The notes under the pieces are model-generated. The model worked only from the letters and a program-made list of their open reading frames with translations, was not told the DNA's origin and did no database searches. From a bacterium (GTDB lineage Bacteria > RBG-13-61-14 > DATKZS01): a stretch of 64,000 nucleotides of DNA. Where the stretch lies: assembly GCA_963674965.2 (NCBI GenBank), contig CAXXFL010000001.1, positions 448,001-512,000 on the forward strand, written 5' to 3'. The translations under genes and the position numbers were made by a program. Below, piece by piece: positions 58,202 to 64,000 of the stretch. How positions within the stretch are numbered: the first letter of the stretch is position 1; the number at the start of each line of letters is the position of its first letter.

Positions 58202-58717
58202 TCACTTAAATGCGTTCATATTCGAAAGCCCAATCATCGCGAGGACGACGACAATCATGAACAGGAGAAAGAACGACAATATCTGGGAAAGGCTAGCGAG
58301 TTCTTTCATTTTCAACTCTTTATCTTTTTCGACTATTCTGTTCGCGGCGATGGAAAGGCCGAGGCCCGCGATGGGGAACAGCAACATGGCAATGACCGAG
58401 GTGAGCATCAATAAATCATAGATTTTCCCGCAAGCCAGCCCGGCTATCCCGTTCAAGAAGCCGCCGTCCATAAACAGGACACCGCATCTTCCTTTATCCG
58501 TCAGATAGTACATCATGGCCCATAAGTTGATTACGACGCAACTCGACAGCGAGTATAGGAAGGCGGCAGCGGAAGTGACGGATACCTTGAAGCCGGGGTC
58601 TTTTCTTTGTCTGAATTCGTCCCAGGGAAAACGCATGTACACGGTAAGGAGAGTGAACGACATTTGGCCAAGGAAAATCATCGAGACAATAATATCGCCC
58701 TTGCCCACGTCCTCCAT
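58202..58717 (-). CDS. Hypothetical 4-TM membrane protein
   Basis: RBS GAGG; four hydrophobic segments; lower GC. Confidence 0.65.
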   Translation of the reverse strand: MEDVGKGDIIVSMIFLGQMSFTLLTVYMRFPWDEFRQRKDPGFKVSVTSAAAFLYSLSSCVVINLWAMMYYLTDKGRCGVLFMDGGFLNGIAGLACGKIYDLLMLTSVIAMLLFPIAGLGLSIAANRIVEKDKELKMKELASLSQILSFFLLFMIVVVLAMIGLSNMNAFK

Positions 58718-58803
58718 GGTTCCTCCTCTTTGATCTCAGTCTCACTCCGGAGCGTTAATTTCATTGCCTCGGCGCGGCTTTATCCCGGCCGTGTGTCCGA
58801 GTC

Positions 58804-59613
58804 TTACTTCCCCTCGAAGTTGGGCTTCCTTTTCTGCATGTAGGCGGACACGGCCTCCATGATGTCGTTTCCCTTGAGGATGAGGCAGCTTCGGGCGGCG
58901 GCGTAGGCCAGGCCGTCGCGGTTGGTCTTGTCGCGGCAGTAGTTCATGACCTCCTTGGCGCCCTGCACGGCCAGGGGGGCCGTCTCGGCTATCTCGGCGG
59001 CCAGGGTCCGGGCCGCCTCGAGGAGGGCGTCCCTGTCCTCGTACACGTCGTTTACCAGGCCGATCTTTTCCGCTCGGGCCGAGTCGATGTTCTTGCCCGT
59101 AAAGGCCAGCTCGCGCGTGGGCCCTTCCCCGATCAGGCGGGGAAGCCTGTTGAGGCTGCCGATGTCGGCGATGATGGCCAACTTGGCCTCACGAAGCGAG
59201 AAGTAGGCGTCCCTCGAGCAAAGTCGTATGTCGCAGGCCGCGATAAGGTCCAGACCACCGCCCACGCAGGCCCCGTGCACGGCCGCGATGACGGGCTTTC
59301 GGCATTCGTCCACGGCGTTGAAGGCCTGCTGGATGCGGATGACGGTGCGGTAAAGGGTATCGGTTTCGTGGGTCCCCTTTTGGCTCTCCAGGGTGCCGGC
59401 GCTTTCCATCAGGTCCAGGCCGGCGCTGAAGTTCTTGCCGTTGCCGCCTATGATCACGACCCTGACCTCGCGGTCGTCGTGGATTTGTTTAAACAGGCCC
59501 TCGATCTCGGGCCAGAAGTCGGGGTTCATGGCGTTGGACTTGGCGGGCCGGTTCATGAACACCTCGGCCACGTGGTTTTTGAGTTCATAGGTAATGGTTT
59601 TGTATTCGGTCAT
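58804..59613 (-). CDS. Crotonase/enoyl-CoA hydratase family (dienoyl-CoA isomerase-like)
   Basis: NRPAKSNAM, FSAGLDL, VHGACVGGGLDL, EAKLAIIADIGSL. Confidence 0.92.
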   Translation of the reverse strand: MTEYKTITYELKNHVAEVFMNRPAKSNAMNPDFWPEIEGLFKQIHDDREVRVVIIGGNGKNFSAGLDLMESAGTLESQKGTHETDTLYRTVIRIQQAFNAVDECRKPVIAAVHGACVGGGLDLIAACDIRLCSRDAYFSLREAKLAIIADIGSLNRLPRLIGEGPTRELAFTGKNIDSARAEKIGLVNDVYEDRDALLEAARTLAAEIAETAPLAVQGAKEVMNYCRDKTNRDGLAYAAARSCLILKGNDIMEAVSAYMQKRKPNFEGK

Positions 59614-59811
59614 TTTCACGCTCCTGAGAGGTCTTAATCGCCCGCCGCCTGGCTTTTTTAGGCGGCGCGTTTAAACAGGCTATCCGGCTCGGTGGCCTCG
59701 TGTCAAGCGGAGTGATCGTTCTTCGGTTGCCAAGCGTATTCAGTTATGCTAGAAAGGCGTTGGATAACGCACGTTATCCGATGGGGAAGAAAGATAACGG
59801 AGGCCTTTATC

Positions 59812-60858
59812 ATGCCCGAATTCGACAAGGAAAAGATCGCCGGGTACCTCGAGGAAAAGCTCGAGGCCGCCGGCCTCGAGATCACCAGCTTCTGGCAGAA
59901 CCTCGAGGGATGGTCCATGGTGACCTACGGGTTGGGCCTGTCCTACGAAAAGGACGGGAAGAAAATCCAGCGGGACATAATCATCAGGAGGGAACCGGTG
60001 GCCGGCCTGCTCGAGCCTTATGACGTGTCCATCGAGTTCCGCGTCATCTCGGCCCTGGGCAAGACCGACGTGGCCGTGCCCGGTACCCTCTGGCACGAGC
60101 CCGACCCGTCGGTGCTGGGCAAGCCCTTTTACGTTATGGACAAGGTGGAGGGCAAGGTCCACTTCTGGCAAATGAGGTTCGACCCCGAGTGGCGCCTCAT
60201 TCCCGACGACGAGGAAAGGCGGACCTTGGGCGAGGACTTCGTGGCCAACATAGCGGCCATCCACAACGCGGACTGGAAAGGACTGGGCCTCGAGTTCCTG
60301 GGCGACCCGGGCAAGGGCAAGGGCTCGGCCGAGAAGATACTGGACTACTGGGAGGACGTGATCGAGCGGGCGGGCTTTCGGGACAAGCCGGTGGTGGCCT
60401 ACGCCGCCAACTGGCTTCGCGACAACGTGCCCGACTGGGACCGTCCGGGCCTGGTTCACGCGGACTACAGGACGGGCAACTACATCGCGCGCGACGGCCG
60501 TATAGCGGCGGTGCTCGACTGGGAGATGGTTCACCTGGGAGACCCCATGGAGGACATATCTTATATAATCGGCACGGCCTGGCGCTCTCCTCGCCCGTAC
60601 CTGTGGGTCAGCCACCTCATGCCCAAGGAGGAGTTCTTCGAGAGGTACGAGGAAAAAAGCAAGATCAAGATCGACGCGGATCGGATCAAGTACTACCACG
60701 TGCTCAACAACTTCAAGGCCGTGGGCATAGCGGGCACGGCGGCCAACGCCTTTCGTACCAAGCCCAACCCGGACCTCAAGCCGGGGGTGTTCGGGGTGAC
60801 CCTGGTGGTCCAGTTCTTCAACCTCATCCGGGCCCTTGACAAGTACTTGTCCAAGTGA
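59812..60858 (+). CDS. APH/ACAD10-N-like phosphotransferase
   Basis: GWS, IIIRREP, PFYVMDKVEG, LVHADYRTGN, VLDWEMVHLGDPMEDI. Confidence 0.9.
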   Translation: MPEFDKEKIAGYLEEKLEAAGLEITSFWQNLEGWSMVTYGLGLSYEKDGKKIQRDIIIRREPVAGLLEPYDVSIEFRVISALGKTDVAVPGTLWHEPDPSVLGKPFYVMDKVEGKVHFWQMRFDPEWRLIPDDEERRTLGEDFVANIAAIHNADWKGLGLEFLGDPGKGKGSAEKILDYWEDVIERAGFRDKPVVAYAANWLRDNVPDWDRPGLVHADYRTGNYIARDGRIAAVLDWEMVHLGDPMEDISYIIGTAWRSPRPYLWVSHLMPKEEFFERYEEKSKIKIDADRIKYYHVLNNFKAVGIAGTAANAFRTKPNPDLKPGVFGVTLVVQFFNLIRALDKYLSK

Positions 60859-60871
60859 AGCGGAGGAAGAG

Positions 60872-61366
60872 ATGTATTATCCCATAGACATATATTTCCG
60901 CAGGCTGATGGATTCCCTCGAGAAGGTGATCGCGCCCCGGATTGAGGACGAGTTTACCCTTGGCCAGGTTTACGCGGTGATCGAGATGCTCGAGCAGATC
61001 AAGGGCAAGGTCGAGTACAAAAGGGACCTCATCCGGGAGGACGTGGAAAGGGGGGAGGAGATCATGGAGAAGATATCCCAGGCCCTCTCCGGCGCCGGAG
61101 CGGCGGTCCCTCCCGAGATAGAGGAAGTTGAAAAGGAAATCCGGGAAAAGGGCGCCTTGCCCGACCTGGCCCTCCGCAAGAAGGTCGAGCAGGCCGCGTG
61201 CAAGGCCATTGACGCGGCCCACTCGGCGCGGGAGGATTTGGGTCCCGAGGCGAGCGCCGGCCTCGACTCCGAGATCAGGCGGTACCTGGTCAAGGTCAGC
61301 ACCAGGGACCTGGGCCTTATGAAGCCACCACGCCTGGCCAAGATTTCCCGGCCCAAGGAGTCCTAG
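60872..61366 (+). CDS. Helical hypothetical protein, probable partner of the phosphotransferase
   Basis: RBS GGAGG; SLEKVIAPRIEDEFTLGQVYAV pattern; 13 bp downstream of the kinase. Confidence 0.7.
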   Translation: MYYPIDIYFRRLMDSLEKVIAPRIEDEFTLGQVYAVIEMLEQIKGKVEYKRDLIREDVERGEEIMEKISQALSGAGAAVPPEIEEVEKEIREKGALPDLALRKKVEQAACKAIDAAHSAREDLGPEASAGLDSEIRRYLVKVSTRDLGLMKPPRLAKISRPKES

Positions 61367-62826
61367 CGCGGGGCCTCGGCCAGTCTTTTTTCAAGGGTGG
61401 TTTTTCCGAGCAGGAACAGGGAGGGGACAAGGTCGGGTCCGCTTGCGCGGCCAAGGGCCGCCGCCCTGATCGGCTGGAAGAGGTTTTTTCCCGCAAGGCC
61501 CAGGGTCTTTCCCGTTTCCATTACGGTCTTTTGGATGGAAGCCTCGGTGAACTCCTCGAGATCGGCCAGGCGCCGCGTAAATTCCCCGATTACCCGCGCC
61601 GACTCGGGCTGGGCCAGGGTTTGCCTCGCGTCCTTGCCGTAGGGCACGGACCGGCCTAAAAATGGCCTCATCTCCCGGGCCACGTCGAGAAGGGTGGATA
61701 TCCGGGGCTTTACCAGTTCGATGGCCCGGTGAAGGCTTTTCTCGGCCAGGGCGTCCGTTTCCAGTCCCTCGTGCTCGAGGTATGGCCGGGCCTTCTCGAT
61801 GAGGTCCTCATCGGACATGGCGCGAAGGCGCTTGCCGCTTAACCATCTTAGTTTTTTCAAGTCGAAGACGGAGGCGCTTTTATTTATACGATCGAGAGAG
61901 AATTCCCTGGCAAGCTCCTGGATGGTCAGGATTTCCTTGCCCGAGGGGGATGACCACCCGAGCAGGGCCAGGTAGTTCACGATGGCCTCGGGCGTGAACC
62001 CGGCGCGGTAAAGGTCGTCCAGGGACGAGGCCCCGTGACGCTTGGCAAGGGGCTTTTTGTCGGGCCCGGTAATGAGGGGCAAGTGGGCGAACCTCGGCGG
62101 GTCCCATCCCAGGGCGTCGTAGAGCATGATCTGTTTGGCCGTGTTGGACAGGTGGTCGTCACCCCTGATGACGTGAGAGATATCCATCAGGTGGTCGTCG
62201 ATGACCACGGCAAAGTTGTAAGTAGGAATACCGCTCGAGCGATGGATGACGAAGTCGCCCACGCGGGAGGCCTCCCATTTTATCGTTCCCCTTACCTCGT
62301 CTTTCCACTCGACGGTCCCCGGCGCGGCCCGGAAGCGCCACACCGGGTTGGGGTTCCGCTCGAGACACTGGCGCGCGCCTTTTTCGTCCAGCTTCGCGCA
62401 CCGGCCGGGGTAGACGTAGGCCAGTCCCTTTCGGTTATAGGCCCTCCTCTCGGCCTCGATCTCCTCGGCCGTGCAAAAGCACGGATAGGCGCGTCCCATC
62501 TCCTTTAGCTTCTCGAGATGCTCCTCGTAGACGGCCAGCCGCTCGCTCTGGCGGTAAGGACCTCTCGATCCGCGTCCCTCCTCGGAGAACTTCTCGTGGG
62601 AAACCGGTCCCTCGTCCCATTTCAGGCCCAGCCACTTGAGGCTTAAGTAAACGCCTCTTTCGGCCTTGGGGTCTATCCGGGAAAGGTCCGTGTCCTCCAG
62701 ACGAAGCACGAAAGTCCCGCCCCAGCGGCGAGCGAAAAGCCAGTTGAAAAGCGCCGTGTGTACGTTCCCTATATGGAGAAGGCCGGTGGGTGATGGAGCG
62801 AATCGGACCCTTGTTTTTTCATCCAT
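61363..62826 (-). CDS. gltX: Glutamate--tRNA ligase
   Basis: RFAPSPTG.LHIGN, LRLEDTD, YNFAVVIDD, HVIRGDDH, KPLAKR, anticodon-binding domain. Confidence 0.95.
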   Translation of the reverse strand: MDEKTRVRFAPSPTGLLHIGNVHTALFNWLFARRWGGTFVLRLEDTDLSRIDPKAERGVYLSLKWLGLKWDEGPVSHEKFSEEGRGSRGPYRQSERLAVYEEHLEKLKEMGRAYPCFCTAEEIEAERRAYNRKGLAYVYPGRCAKLDEKGARQCLERNPNPVWRFRAAPGTVEWKDEVRGTIKWEASRVGDFVIHRSSGIPTYNFAVVIDDHLMDISHVIRGDDHLSNTAKQIMLYDALGWDPPRFAHLPLITGPDKKPLAKRHGASSLDDLYRAGFTPEAIVNYLALLGWSSPSGKEILTIQELAREFSLDRINKSASVFDLKKLRWLSGKRLRAMSDEDLIEKARPYLEHEGLETDALAEKSLHRAIELVKPRISTLLDVAREMRPFLGRSVPYGKDARQTLAQPESARVIGEFTRRLADLEEFTEASIQKTVMETGKTLGLAGKNLFQPIRAAALGRASGPDLVPSLFLLGKTTLEKRLAEAPR

Positions 62827-62940
62827 TTATTAAATACCCGCGATCTTTCATGGTATTCGAGCCTTCCTTCCATTTCAAATGGTTTGACTTATAAAGCCAT
62901 GCCGTCATAGCATAAACGGTTTAAAGGAGCTTTACCCGGA

Positions 62941-64000
62941 ATGAAGGAAGAAGAGAAGATAATATCCATCCATCTGGCGGCCGCGGCCTTTCCTCTTTTG
63001 ATCGGCGGCGCCATGGCGGTTTGCCTTACCGGACTGGCCGGAAGCCTCGAGTCCGCTGGACTGGCGTCGGCGCGGTCATCAGCGATATTTACCGCCGCCT
63101 GCTTCGCGGGCATGGGTCTCATGGGCGTTCTCGTTGCCAGGATATGGACGCCGAGGACCAAAAGGCCATTGTTTGTAACGGCGCTCACGCTGATAGGGTC
63201 CGCCTTATTCCTGGTATTGGGGCCTTTATTTTGGGTGTCCTTTGTTCCGGGGGTGATGGGCGCCGCCGGTTCCGCGGTTGATCCGGGCTCGATTTCCATG
63301 GATATTTTCCGCCTGGTCTTTTTATCTATCCTTCTTTCGGCCGCCGTAATTTCCATTGGCGGGGTCCCACCGCTATTCGGAAGAGTCGCGGCTATTGGGA
63401 AAAAATCTTCCAGACTCATCTCTTCCATGGCCTTGGCTTCACTACTTATTGGGGCGGCCATTGGTAAATTCGCGGCCGGCTATTGGACGTCCCTGACCCT
63501 TGGTTATGAAAAAACGACGTGGGCCGGCTCCGCCATATTGGGGCTGGTTTCTTTGGTGATTATCATAATTCCCTCCCTCCGCGACGCAAAAGCCGCCTCG
63601 GAGGAGATTGAAGAAATTAAGGACGGCCAAAAGCGGGGCGCCAACGCCGTTTTCCTCTTTGCCCTTTTTCTCGCGGGAACGGGCGCGGCGATACTCCTTT
63701 CCACGTGGAGGGCGGTGCTCGTACTCGCCATAGGGACCTCGGTCTACTCGTCGGTGATCATATCCACCGCGGCTTTAACTTCGGCCGCCCTGGGGAACTT
63801 GTTGGCTCTTTTGCTTTTCAAGAAATTCAATAAGGCGAGTTTCATCTCGGGCGCTCTTCTTTTATCGGCTTCCTTTATTTCGACGCTCACCCTCTGGATA
63901 TATCCTTGGATCGCGGCCTCGGCCTTCAAGTGGGACGTCCTCTATCGGGAAAACTTCATCTCCTACATGTGGGTCAAGACCGGCGCGGCCTTCCTCCTTA
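62941..64000 (+). CDS. Polytopic membrane protein, N-terminal part of a probable fused MFS/spermidine synthase (runs off window)
   Basis: ATG 62941 after AAGGAG; manually translated open frame to the window end with many TMs and a WRAVLVLAIGTSVYS motif; missing from the ORF track because no stop is reached. Confidence 0.65.
   Translation, partial: MKEEEKIISIHLAAAAFPLLIGGAMAVCLTGLAGSLESAGLASARSSAIFTAACFAGMGLMGVLVARIWTPRTKRPLFVTALTLIGSALFLVLGPLFWVSFVPGVMGAAGSAVDPGSISMDIFRLVFLSILLSAAVISIGGVPPLFGRVAAIGKKSSRLISSMALASLLIGAAIGKFAAGYWTSLTLGYEKTTWAGSAILGLVSLVIIIIPSLRDAKAASEEIEEIKDGQKRGANAVFLFALFLAGTGAAILLSTWRAVLVLAIGTSVYSSVIISTAALTSAALGNLLALLLFKKFNKASFISGALLLSASFISTLTLWIYPWIAASAFKWDVLYRENFISYMWVKTGAAFLL

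Noticed and set aside
62889-63461. 190-aa minus-strand ORF
   Set aside because: Antisense to the open plus-strand membrane-protein frame starting at 62941.

Overview
This is a GC-rich (~60%) bacterial chromosomal segment. Gene order and content (S2P-trpS-scpA-scpB, rho, yceD-rpmF-fabD-fabG-acpP, a sigma54 activator, many PAS/REC signalling proteins) suggest a Deltaproteobacteria-type organism, though this is inference. Most of the window is housekeeping (rimO, purF, rnr, trpS, scpAB, rho, gltX, fab genes) or signalling genes, with lipid-catabolic genes interspersed (acyl-CoA ligase, crotonase, an LvaAB/ACAD10-like kinase pair). No rRNA, tRNA, CRISPR array or intact mobile element is visible. 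The best candidate for an undescribed system is a TetR-controlled five-gene operon (16781-21686). It couples an oleate-hydratase-fold flavoprotein with rewired active-site motifs, an atypical CX8CX2C radical SAM enzyme, a His-containing membrane protein and a secreted START/SRPBCC protein. Other notable items: a signal peptidase I homolog lacking both catalytic residues; an 850-bp islet inserted into the 3' end of a DUF3160 gene with a 30-bp direct repeat; a DnaA-box/palindrome cluster inside rimO; a consensus promoter driving a structured leader and a tiny zinc-finger protein; an Hcp-like Sel1 protein with a second co-varying Cys pair; and IS630 and ankyrin remnants. All calls come from motif recognition by eye, without database searches.
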